A stretch of 64,000 nt of DNA, taken from NCBI GenBank assembly GCA_036556805.1, contig DATBIS010000116.1, positions 7,862 to 71,861 of the forward strand. Reading direction: 5' to 3'. Below are positions 54,651 to 63,135 of the stretch, in pieces; the stretch's first letter is position 1, and each line of letters begins with the position of its first letter. A model generated the notes under the pieces. That model did not search any database. It was not told the origin of the DNA and saw nothing but the letters and a program-made list of their open reading frames with translations. The DNA comes from Actinomycetota bacterium (GTDB lineage: Bacteria; Actinomycetota; UBA4738; HRBIN12). The position numbers and the translations under genes were made by a program.

Positions 54651-56474
54651 GTGTCTGAACAGTTCGACGTGATCGTGATCGGCGGCGGCCCTGCCGGGTC
54701 GACCGCCGCAGGATTCCTCAACCAGATGGGCCACCGCGTCTTGCTGCTCGAGCGCGAAGTGTTCCCGCGCCACCACATCGGCGAGTCGATGATCGCGGCG
54801 ACGATCGATGTGCTCGCCGAGATCGGGCTCGAGGAGAAGCTCGCGGAGGCGAACTTCCCCGTGAAGTCTGGCGGCTGCTTCATCTGGGGGCAGACCACCG
54901 ATCCGTGGTGCATCCGGTTCGAGGAGATCCCCGGGCGGCCCACCTCGTACCAGGTGAAGCGCTCCGTCTTCGACAAGCTCTTGCTGGACCACGTCGCCGA
55001 GAGCGGCGTCGACGTGCGCCAGGGACACCGGGTGCTCGACGTGCTCAACGAGGACGGGCGCGTCGTGGGCGTGCGGTTCTCGGACCAGGACGGCGTCCAA
55101 CACACGGCGACCGCGCGCTACACGGTCGACGCGTCGGGGCTCGCGGCCGTGGTCGCCAACCGTCTCTCGAGCCGGGTGCCGGTCGAGGAGCTCAAGAACA
55201 TGTGCCTCTACGGGTACTGGACCGGCGAGCACCCCGCGCCGGCGAAGCTCGGCGGACAGATCCGGCCCCACGACCGAAACAACATCATCATCAAGATGCT
55301 GTCCGACGGTTGGCTCTGGTTCATCCCGCTGGGGGACCCGGGGCCCGATGGGACCGCGGAGCCCGATGCCGGCCGGCGCGAGATCAGCGTCGGCTTCGTC
55401 GCACCCAGGGCGAACCTCCCGGAGTCCGGCGGCAAGGCCGCGCTCGAGGAGTTCTATCTCGAACGCGTTCGCTCGGCCGACGAATGGCAGTACCTCCTGC
55501 AGGACGCCTCGTACACGGGTCGCTTCCACACCGTGAAGGACTGGTCCTACCGCAGCGACCGGATGGCGGGTCCGGGCTACTTCGCGGTCGGCGACGCGTC
55601 GTGCTTCGTGGACCCGATCCTTTCCTCGGGCGTGTTCCTCGCCGTGCTCTACGCGAAGATGTGCGCGGCGGGCGTCCACACGATCCTCACGACCTCGGCT
55701 CCCGAGGACCTCGTGCACGACTGGTATCAGGGGCTCTACCTCGACACGTACTCCGACTACCTCGAGATGGCGCGCTACTGGTATCACGGCCACCGCGAGG
55801 TCGGGATGTGGATGAACCGCGCGCAGGAGCAGCTCGAGGAGGAGGAGGACACGGTGTTCGCCGACACCAACCGCGACGCGTTCATCGCGCTCGCGACCGG
55901 CAACACCCACGCGCACCCGAACTACGTGCTCGCGCGCCGGCTCGCCTCGTTCCCGCTGCCGCTGCACCTTCGCAAGGACCCGCGGAGCTTCTACTTCCGC
56001 GAGACGAAGGCCGCGCTCATCGGCCACGCCGACAAGGAGATGCACCCGGAGGACGCGGAGGAGATCGACAAGTCGGCCGAGACCCTCGCGCTGCCGAGCG
56101 ACGTGCGCAAGGGCATGCTGAACATGATGCACACCTACGACCAGACGACACTCGAGCGGTTCTCCGGCAACGGACAGAAGGCGACGACCATGGACGCGGA
56201 GCTCGCGATGTCGCCGAGGGCGCGGCTCAGCCTCGAGGCGATCGACGACTCGGTCACGCTCGTGGTCAAGGCGCCGAACGGGAAGCGGCGCGCGATCGCC
56301 TGGGACGTCGAAGTACCGATCGTCGCGGCGTTCGACAAGCCGGCGCGGCCGGAGGACGTCGCCGCTTCGACGGGCCTCGACGCCGATCGAGTGGCCGCTT
56401 TCTGCGCGGAGCTCGCTGGCGCCGGCGTCCTGGTGTCGGCCCACGCGGCGGAGCCGGTCGCCGAGACGACCTAG
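54651..56474 (+). CDS. Flavin-dependent halogenase (tryptophan-halogenase family) with an atypical C-terminal extension of about 150 aa
   Basis: 607 aa. GxGxxG (VIVIGGGPAGS), halogenase motifs WxWxIP (GWLWFIPL, residues 221-226) and FxxPxxSxG (FVDPILSSGV, about 319-328). The C-terminal about 150 residues extend beyond the usual halogenase core, and the last about 80 aa resemble a PqqD/RRE-like fold. Confidence 0.85.
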   Translation: MSEQFDVIVIGGGPAGSTAAGFLNQMGHRVLLLEREVFPRHHIGESMIAATIDVLAEIGLEEKLAEANFPVKSGGCFIWGQTTDPWCIRFEEIPGRPTSYQVKRSVFDKLLLDHVAESGVDVRQGHRVLDVLNEDGRVVGVRFSDQDGVQHTATARYTVDASGLAAVVANRLSSRVPVEELKNMCLYGYWTGEHPAPAKLGGQIRPHDRNNIIIKMLSDGWLWFIPLGDPGPDGTAEPDAGRREISVGFVAPRANLPESGGKAALEEFYLERVRSADEWQYLLQDASYTGRFHTVKDWSYRSDRMAGPGYFAVGDASCFVDPILSSGVFLAVLYAKMCAAGVHTILTTSAPEDLVHDWYQGLYLDTYSDYLEMARYWYHGHREVGMWMNRAQEQLEEEEDTVFADTNRDAFIALATGNTHAHPNYVLARRLASFPLPLHLRKDPRSFYFRETKAALIGHADKEMHPEDAEEIDKSAETLALPSDVRKGMLNMMHTYDQTTLERFSGNGQKATTMDAELAMSPRARLSLEAIDDSVTLVVKAPNGKRRAIAWDVEVPIVAAFDKPARPEDVAASTGLDADRVAAFCAELAGAGVLVSAHAAEPVAETT

Positions 56475-57604
56475 CGGGCCTCCGCGCCCGGGCGCGGACG
56501 GTCGTGGATCGGTCCCGGCCGGTCCTTGAGGAACCCGCCGCGGCGCGCGCGCTTGACCGCGACGATCTCCGCGACGATCGACTGGGCGATCTCCTCGGGT
56601 CCCTCGGCGCCCATGTCGAGGCCGGCCGGGCCGTGGATCCGCTCGCGGTCGGCGTCGCTCACGTCGACGCCCTCCTCCCGAAGCTCCATGAACAGGCGCT
56701 CGGTTCGCGCGGCCGGGCCGAGCATCCCGATGTACGCGGCCGGCGAGGTGAGCAGCGATCGTAGGTAGTCCTTGTCGCGCAGGAAGTTGTGCGTCATGAC
56801 CACCGCGTAGGTCCGCTCGTCGATCGGCGCGAGCTTCGCGGCGGAGGACGGTTCGTCCACGTGCACGAAGCCGGCCGCGCCGGGGAAGCGGTCGGCCGTC
56901 AAGAACGCCTCGCGGTCGTCCACCACGATCGCGCTCCAGCCGACGACGCCGGCCGCCCGCACGAGCGGGATCGCGTCGTGGCCGGCCCCGCAGATCAGCA
57001 AGCGCAGCGGCGGCTCGAGCACCTCGACGAACGCGCGCACGCCCGGCTCGAACGTGCGGATCTCGGACCGCTGTTCGCGGAGGAGCTCTCGTGCGGCAGC
57101 GATCGCTTGGGCGTCGACGCCGGGGTCGCCGACCGAACCCTCCTCCCGGCCGTCCCGGCGAACCACCAGCCGCGCGCCGGGCTCTACGCTCGCGACGTCC
57201 GACTCGAGCACGGTGACGAGGCAGATCGGACGCTCCTCCTCGAGCGCGATCCGCAGCACGCCGGCGACCTCCGCGGCGCGATCGGCGGGTTCGATGAACA
57301 CCTCGATCGCGCCGTTGCATCCGAGCCCGAGGCCCCACACGGCATCGTCGTCCGCGGTGAGGTCCCAACCCGCGAGCCTCGCCCTGCCCTCCTGCATCAC
57401 GACCTTCGCGAGGTCGGCGACGTCCCCCTCCAGGCAGCCGCCGCTCAGGTTGCCGATCGGGGTTCCCTCCTCGGGCACCAGCAGGCGGGCGCCCGGACGC
57501 CGGTAGGTCGAGCCGCGCACGGCCACGATCGTCGCGAGCGCCATCCGCTGCCCCTGCGCCGAGAGGGACTCGATCGCGCCCAGCACGTCCGTGATCTCGC
57601 TCAC
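56471..57604 (-). CDS. XdhC/CoxI-family molybdenum-hydroxylase accessory protein
   Basis: GTG start (VSEITDVLGAIESLSAQGQRMALATIVAVRGSTYRRPGA...). 377 aa, XdhC N-terminal and Rossmann-like C-terminal domains. Confidence 0.85.
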   Translation of the reverse strand: MSEITDVLGAIESLSAQGQRMALATIVAVRGSTYRRPGARLLVPEEGTPIGNLSGGCLEGDVADLAKVVMQEGRARLAGWDLTADDDAVWGLGLGCNGAIEVFIEPADRAAEVAGVLRIALEEERPICLVTVLESDVASVEPGARLVVRRDGREEGSVGDPGVDAQAIAAARELLREQRSEIRTFEPGVRAFVEVLEPPLRLLICGAGHDAIPLVRAAGVVGWSAIVVDDREAFLTADRFPGAAGFVHVDEPSSAAKLAPIDERTYAVVMTHNFLRDKDYLRSLLTSPAAYIGMLGPAARTERLFMELREEGVDVSDADRERIHGPAGLDMGAEGPEEIAQSIVAEIVAVKRARRGGFLKDRPGPIHDRPRPGAEAR

Positions 57605-57685
57605 GCGTCGATGGTACGGCTCCCGAGCACGAGGGGAGGGGATCGGCTCAAGGTCGGAGGTCTTGCCGCCGAAGGGCCAAAGGAG

Positions 57686-58198
57686 ATGGACGACTCCTTT
57701 CAGTACGGGAAGCCGGCAAAGCGGGGCCCGCAGGTGAACGCGAGCCCGAAGCTCCTGATCGGCCTCGTGATGCTCGCCGTCGCCGCGGTGGCCGTGTTCT
57801 TCGCGATGAAGACCTTCTCGGGCGCCGGGAAGGAGGCCGCCCAGGCCGAGGTGAGCGTGATCCAGCAGGCGGACGTTGCTCAGGACATCACGGCGAAGAC
57901 GAACCTTTCGGCGGCCCTGGCTGCCGCGCAGATCGCCGCGGTCCAGAGCAACTCGTTCGTCGACGCCGGCCCCGCGCAGCTCGCGGCGGTCGAGCCCACG
58001 TTCCAGTACACCGACGGCCCCTCGACCGCCCCGAGCGTGATCAGCGTCTCCGCGACCGAGACCCAATGGTCGGCGGCCGCGATGGCCGAGAGCGGCACCT
58101 GCTTCTGGATCACGCTCGGACCGACCGGCACGATGTACGGGTCGGGCACGCCGTGCACGGGCGCCGCGGCCGCGGGCGCGTCGGCCGCGTCCTGGTGA
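57686..58198 (+). CDS. Hypothetical single-TM membrane protein with a C-terminal extracytoplasmic Cys-containing domain
   Basis: AAGGAG RBS directly upstream of ATG. Product MDDSFQYGKPAKRGPQVNASPKLLIGLVMLAVAAVAVFFAM..., 170 aa. Confidence 0.55.
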   Translation: MDDSFQYGKPAKRGPQVNASPKLLIGLVMLAVAAVAVFFAMKTFSGAGKEAAQAEVSVIQQADVAQDITAKTNLSAALAAAQIAAVQSNSFVDAGPAQLAAVEPTFQYTDGPSTAPSVISVSATETQWSAAAMAESGTCFWITLGPTGTMYGSGTPCTGAAAAGASAASW

Positions 58199-58347
58199 TC
58201 GTGGTCGACGACTCCTTCAACTTCGGCCGCCCTGCCGCGCGCTATCGCGGCAAGCACGCCCGCACGCTGGACCGGCGCGCGCTCTCCCACGGGGCGCTCG
58301 CGTTCGCCGTGGTGATCTTCGCGTACGCCCTCGTTCGCGTGATCTGA
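58195..58347 (+). CDS. Possible 50-aa truncated paralog of the preceding gene (shared N-terminal motif plus TM)
   Basis: GTG overlapping the upstream stop. VIVVDDSFNFGRPAARYRGKHARTLDRRALSHGALAFAVVIFAYALVRVI shares a DDSFxYGxPAxR motif with 57686..58198. Confidence 0.25.
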   Translation: MIVVDDSFNFGRPAARYRGKHARTLDRRALSHGALAFAVVIFAYALVRVI

Positions 58348-58443
58348 CTTCCGTCGCACCGCGACACGCGACCCAACTGATTCGCGCGTTTTCCACACCG
58401 GGACTACACTCGCGAGCCTGCACCTCGAGAAAGGGGGAGGCTC

Positions 58444-58920
58444 GTGACGCACGTCTCCGTTTCGGTCAACGGGGCTCCGCGCGAGGCCGAGGTGGAGCCT
58501 CGCCAGCTCCTCGTGTACTTCCTCCGGGAGACCCTCGGACTCACCGGAACGAACGTCGGGTGCGACACCTCCAGCTGCGGCAGCTGCACGGTCCTGTTGG
58601 ACGGCGAGTCGGTGAAGTCCTGCACGCTGTTGGCGGTGCAGGCCGACGGTCGCGAGGTCACGACGATCGAGGGATTCACGCCCGAGGACGGGCTGCATCC
58701 CCTGCAGGAAGCCTTCCACCGCAACCACGGTCTGCAGTGCGGCTATTGCACTCCCGGCATGATCATGGCCGCGGCGAGCTACCTGAAGGAGAACCCGTCT
58801 CCGACGGAGGAAGAGGTGCGGGAGTCCCTGGAGGGGAACCTCTGTCGCTGTACCGGCTATCAGAACATCGTGAAGTCCATCCTCGACGCCGCCGGCACGA
58901 TGGCCGGCGCGAAGGCCTGA
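58444..58920 (+). CDS. coxS: (2Fe-2S)-binding small subunit of a CoxSLM-type molybdenum hydroxylase
   Basis: GTG with an AAGGGGGAGG RBS. Ferredoxin-type Cys cluster (CDTSSCGSC) and second cluster (CGYCTPG, CRCTGY). Confidence 0.9.
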   Translation: MTHVSVSVNGAPREAEVEPRQLLVYFLRETLGLTGTNVGCDTSSCGSCTVLLDGESVKSCTLLAVQADGREVTTIEGFTPEDGLHPLQEAFHRNHGLQCGYCTPGMIMAAASYLKENPSPTEEEVRESLEGNLCRCTGYQNIVKSILDAAGTMAGAKA

Positions 58921-58932
58921 GGAGGCTCGGTC

Positions 58933-61356
58933 ATGGCCGCCACCGAGACGTTCGTGGGAACCCCGGTCCTTCGCAAGGAGGACCCCGACCTCATCACCGG
59001 CCAGGCGAGCTTCGTCGACAACCAGACGATGCCCGGCATGGTGTGGATGTACGTCGTGCGCACGCCGTTCGCGCACGCGAAGCTCAACGCGGTCGACGTG
59101 GGCCCCGCTCGTTCGATGCCCGGCGTGATCGCCGCCTACACCGCGGTCGACCTCGCCGGCGACTTCGGCGGGCCGCTGCCGTTCGTGTGGCCGATCACCG
59201 AGGACATCAAGGTCCCCACCCACCAGGCGCTCACGAGCGACAAGGTCCGGTATCTCGGCGACGGCGTTGCCGTCGTGCTCGCGGAGACCCGCGTCCAGGC
59301 GAAGGACGCCGCCGAGGCCGTCACCTACGACTGCGACCCGCTCCCCGCCGTCACCGACATGGAGGAGGCGATGAAGGACGAGGTCCTGATCCACGAGGAC
59401 CTCGGCACGAACGTCACCGTGCACTGGAGCCACGGCGGCGCGGGCGATCAGTCCGTGTTCGATACCGCGCCGGTGATCGTGCAGGAGCGCTATCACCAGC
59501 CCCGGCTGATCCCGAACGCGATCGAGCCGCGCGGCTGCCTCGCGTTCGGCATCCCGGCGCAGGGCGAGTTCACGCTCGTGAGCGCCACGCAGATCCCCCA
59601 CATCGTGAAGGTCACGCTTTCGGGCACCTGCAACATCCCCGAGCAGAAGCTCCGGATCATCGCCCCCGACGTCGGCGGCGGCTTCGGGTCGAAGCTGAAC
59701 GTGTACGCCGAGGAGGCGCTCGCGCTCGTGCTCGCCCGCAAGACGAAGCGCCCCGTGAAGTGGGTCGAGGAGCGGAGCGAGAACTACCTCGCGACGATCC
59801 ATGGCCGCGGCGTCACGCACGACTGCACGATCGCGGCGAGCGAGGACGGCAAGATCCTCGGCATGAAGTTCGTCGAGATCGCCGACATGGGCGCGTACTA
59901 CCAGCTGCTCACGCCCGGGATCCCCGAGCTGGGCGGCTGGGTGTACATGGGGCCGTACGACCCGCAGGCGTACTGGTACGAGTTCCGCGGCGTCCTCACG
60001 AACGCGACGCCCACCGACGCGTATCGGGGTGCGGGGCGGCCGGAGGCCACCTACGTGGTCGAGCGCATGCTGGACGCGCTCGCTCGCCGGGTCGGCAAAG
60101 ACCCCGCCGACGTTCGCCGGATGAACCTCCATCCGCCCCACGCCGAGGCGGTGACGTCGCTGATGGGCCTGCAGGTCGATTCGGCGAACTACGAGCCGAC
60201 GTTCGACCGCGCGCTCGAGCTCGTCGGCTACGAGCAGTGGCGGAAGGAGCAGGCCTCGCGCCGTGACGCGGGCGACCTGCGACAGATCGGCATCGGCATC
60301 TCGAGCTACATCGAGATGTGCGGCCTCGCGCCCTCGAACATCCTCGGCGCCCTCCGCTATGCGGCGGGCGGCTGGGACGGCGCCACGATCGAGTGCCTCC
60401 CGACCGGGAAGGTGATCCTGAAGACCGGCACGTCGCCGCACGGGCAGGGTCACGAGACGAGCTGGGCCCAGGTGGTCGCCGACGGCCTCGGCGTCACGCC
60501 CGACGACGTCGAGGTGCTGCACGGCGACACCGCGATCACGCCGCTCGGCATGGACACGTACGGGTCCAGGTCGGTCGCGGTGGGGGCCACGGCGATCCAC
60601 TTCGCGATGGAGAAGGTGAGGGCGAAGGCGCGCACGATCGCGGCGCACGAGCTCGAGGTCTCGGAGGACGACGTCGAATGGTCCGACGGCGCGTTCCGCG
60701 TGAAGGGCGCGCCCGAGAAGGCGAAGACCGTTCCGGAGGTTGCGTTCTCGGCATGGCACGCGCATGCGCTGCCGGAGGGCGTCGAGCCGCACCTCAACGC
60801 GACCGCCGTCTGGGACCCGCCGAACTTCACCTGGCCGGGCGGCACGCACATCTGCGTGAGCGAGGTCGACACCGAGACGGGGAAGGTCGACATCCTGCAG
60901 TACGTGGCCGTCGACGACTGCGGCAACGTCATCAACCCGCAGATCGTGGACGGTCAGGTGCACGGCGGGGTGGCGCAGGGCATCGCCGAGGCGTTGTACG
61001 AGGAGGCGCTCTACGACCAGAGCGGCAACCTCATGACGAGCACGATGCAGAACTACCTGATCCCCTCGGCGGCGGAGATCCCGCCGCTCACGCTCGACCG
61101 GACGGTCACGCCGTCCACGACGAACCCGCTCGGCGTGAAGGGCATCGGCGAGGCCGGGACGATCGCCGCGCCGCCCGCCGTCGTGAACTCGGTGATCGAC
61201 GCGCTGTCGCACCTCGGCGTCACCGACGTCGGGAAGCCGGCGTCGCCGGAGCGCGTGTGGAGAGCCATCCAGCAGGCGAGGGCCGAGGGGCCGCCCGGTG
61301 GGCCGAGCAGCTCGCGGTCCGTCGCGGCCCCGGTGAGCGAGGGGGGTGCGGCATGA
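58933..61356 (+). CDS. coxL: Molybdopterin-binding large subunit, form-II CoxL-like (substrate unknown, probably not a bona fide CO dehydrogenase)
   Basis: 807 aa. Active-site loop AYRGAGR (form II) instead of the form-I VAYRCSFR. Confidence 0.9.
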   Translation: MAATETFVGTPVLRKEDPDLITGQASFVDNQTMPGMVWMYVVRTPFAHAKLNAVDVGPARSMPGVIAAYTAVDLAGDFGGPLPFVWPITEDIKVPTHQALTSDKVRYLGDGVAVVLAETRVQAKDAAEAVTYDCDPLPAVTDMEEAMKDEVLIHEDLGTNVTVHWSHGGAGDQSVFDTAPVIVQERYHQPRLIPNAIEPRGCLAFGIPAQGEFTLVSATQIPHIVKVTLSGTCNIPEQKLRIIAPDVGGGFGSKLNVYAEEALALVLARKTKRPVKWVEERSENYLATIHGRGVTHDCTIAASEDGKILGMKFVEIADMGAYYQLLTPGIPELGGWVYMGPYDPQAYWYEFRGVLTNATPTDAYRGAGRPEATYVVERMLDALARRVGKDPADVRRMNLHPPHAEAVTSLMGLQVDSANYEPTFDRALELVGYEQWRKEQASRRDAGDLRQIGIGISSYIEMCGLAPSNILGALRYAAGGWDGATIECLPTGKVILKTGTSPHGQGHETSWAQVVADGLGVTPDDVEVLHGDTAITPLGMDTYGSRSVAVGATAIHFAMEKVRAKARTIAAHELEVSEDDVEWSDGAFRVKGAPEKAKTVPEVAFSAWHAHALPEGVEPHLNATAVWDPPNFTWPGGTHICVSEVDTETGKVDILQYVAVDDCGNVINPQIVDGQVHGGVAQGIAEALYEEALYDQSGNLMTSTMQNYLIPSAAEIPPLTLDRTVTPSTTNPLGVKGIGEAGTIAAPPAVVNSVIDALSHLGVTDVGKPASPERVWRAIQQARAEGPPGGPSSSRSVAAPVSEGGAA

Positions 61357-62171
61357 TCCCGGCGTCGTTCGACTACGAGCGCGCGTCGTCCGTCGAGGAG
61401 GCCATCTCGCTCCTGGGCTCCCACGAGGACGCGAAGCTGCTCGCCGGCGGGCACTCGCTGCTGCCCGCGATGAAGCTCAGGGTCGCGAGGCCCTCGATGC
61501 TCGTGGACATCGGACGGCTCACCGACCTCTCGTACATCCGTGAGGACGGCGACGCCGTCGCGATCGGAGCGCTCACGCGCCACCACGACGTCGCGAACTC
61601 GGACGCGCTGCACGAGCTCTGCCCGATCGCGTCGTACGCCGCGGGGCAGGTGGGCGACCCGCAGGTCCGCCACGTCGGGACGATCGGTGGATCGGTTGCG
61701 CACGGCGACCCGGCCGGCGACATGCCGACGGTGCTGCTCGCGCTCGACGCCACGTTCGTGGCCCAGGGGCCGAACGGCACGCGGCAGATCGCCGCCGGCG
61801 ACCTCTTCACGTCCCTGTTCGAGACGGCCCTCGCGCCGAACGAGGTGCTCACCGAGATCCGCGTGCCGAAGTCGAAGGATCGCGGCTGGAGCTACCTCAA
61901 GTTCAACCGGCGGGCTCAGGACTGGGCGATCGTCGGCGTGGCCGCGCTCGACGGGGCCTCGCCGGCCGTCGCCCTGACGAACATGGGCCTCACGCCGATC
62001 CGGGCGACGGCCGTCGAGCAAGCGCTCGCCGGCGGCGCGGACCCGGCCACGGCCGCCCAGCAGGCCGCCGAGGGCACCGCGCCGCCCGACGACGCGTTCG
62101 CGAGCGCCGAGTACCGGCGCGAGCTCGCGAAGGTGCTCGTGCGCCGCGCGCTGGAGGACGCCTCCGGCTAG
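61353..62171 (+). CDS. coxM: FAD-binding medium subunit (CoxM-like)
   Basis: ATGA overlap with coxL. 272 aa, FAD_binding_5 motifs (AGGHSLLPAMKLR, GTIGGSVAHGDP). Confidence 0.9.
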   Translation: MIPASFDYERASSVEEAISLLGSHEDAKLLAGGHSLLPAMKLRVARPSMLVDIGRLTDLSYIREDGDAVAIGALTRHHDVANSDALHELCPIASYAAGQVGDPQVRHVGTIGGSVAHGDPAGDMPTVLLALDATFVAQGPNGTRQIAAGDLFTSLFETALAPNEVLTEIRVPKSKDRGWSYLKFNRRAQDWAIVGVAALDGASPAVALTNMGLTPIRATAVEQALAGGADPATAAQQAAEGTAPPDDAFASAEYRRELAKVLVRRALEDASG

Positions 62172-62240
62172 CCCGCGCGTCACCCGTTCGCGCCGGCCTG
62201 GGTCTTTGACGCTGCGCCTTCGACCTGCGTAGATGAGGTC

Positions 62241-63107
62241 GTGGTGCTCGCGAAGGTCGATGCCGGCGAGTGGTTCACGAACGACGGGATCCCGATCGTC
62301 TCGATCCTGATCGTGGCGATCGTCGTCACGCTCGTCTCGCGCCTGCTCGTGACGCGGTTCCGTCGACGCCTCGAGGGCGCGCCGAGCATCACGCAGGAGA
62401 TCAACCTCCAGCGGGCGACGACGCTCACGCACGCGCTGTCCGCGGGCGTGATCGTGACGATCTGGGCGATCGCCGTGCTGCTGATCCTCGACCGGCTCCA
62501 CGTGAACCTCGCGCCCCTGCTCGCGAGCGCGGGCGTGGCCGGCGTCGCGCTCGGGTTCGGCGCGCAGAGCCTCGTGAAGGACACGCTGTCCGGGTTCTTC
62601 ATCCTGCTCGAGAACCAGTTCGGCGTCGGCGACGTGATCGAGCTCCGCACGACCGCGAACCCCGTATCCGGCAGGGTCGAGGGGCTCACGCTGCGCGTGA
62701 CGACCCTCCGCGCGTTCGACGGCACCTTGCACGTCGTGCCGAACGGCAACGTGCAGCTCGTGAGCAACCAGTCGCGCGGATGGGCGCGCGCGATCGTCGA
62801 CGTGCGTGTGGCGTACGGCCAGGACGTCGAACACCTTCGCGTCGTGCTCGAGCAGCTGTTCCAGGAGCTGCGCGACGACAAGACCCTGAAGGACTGGGTG
62901 ATGGACGGCCCGAGCGTGCTCGGGATCGACTCGTTGTCGGACTACGCGCAGGTCGTGCGCGTGATCGCGCAGACGCGGCCGTCGAAGCGGTGGGACGTCG
63001 AGCGGCAGCTGCGCGAACGCATCACGAAGCGACTGACCGAAGAGGGGATCCCGGTGCCGATGCCGCCGACCATGGCCGGGCAGCAGCGGGACGTCCCCGG
63101 CACCTAG
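62241..63107 (+). CDS. Small-conductance mechanosensitive channel (MscS family)
   Basis: 288 aa, TM helices, then an MscS beta domain (GFFILLENQFGVGDVIE...TLHVVPNGNV). Confidence 0.85.
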   Translation: MVLAKVDAGEWFTNDGIPIVSILIVAIVVTLVSRLLVTRFRRRLEGAPSITQEINLQRATTLTHALSAGVIVTIWAIAVLLILDRLHVNLAPLLASAGVAGVALGFGAQSLVKDTLSGFFILLENQFGVGDVIELRTTANPVSGRVEGLTLRVTTLRAFDGTLHVVPNGNVQLVSNQSRGWARAIVDVRVAYGQDVEHLRVVLEQLFQELRDDKTLKDWVMDGPSVLGIDSLSDYAQVVRVIAQTRPSKRWDVERQLRERITKRLTEEGIPVPMPPTMAGQQRDVPGT

Positions 63108-63135
63108 AACCCTCAACGGCCGTTAAGCTGCCCGC

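Noticed and set aside
54624-57368. 914-aa minus-strand ORF
   Set aside because: Antisense to the halogenase and XdhC genes, both of which carry diagnostic motifs.
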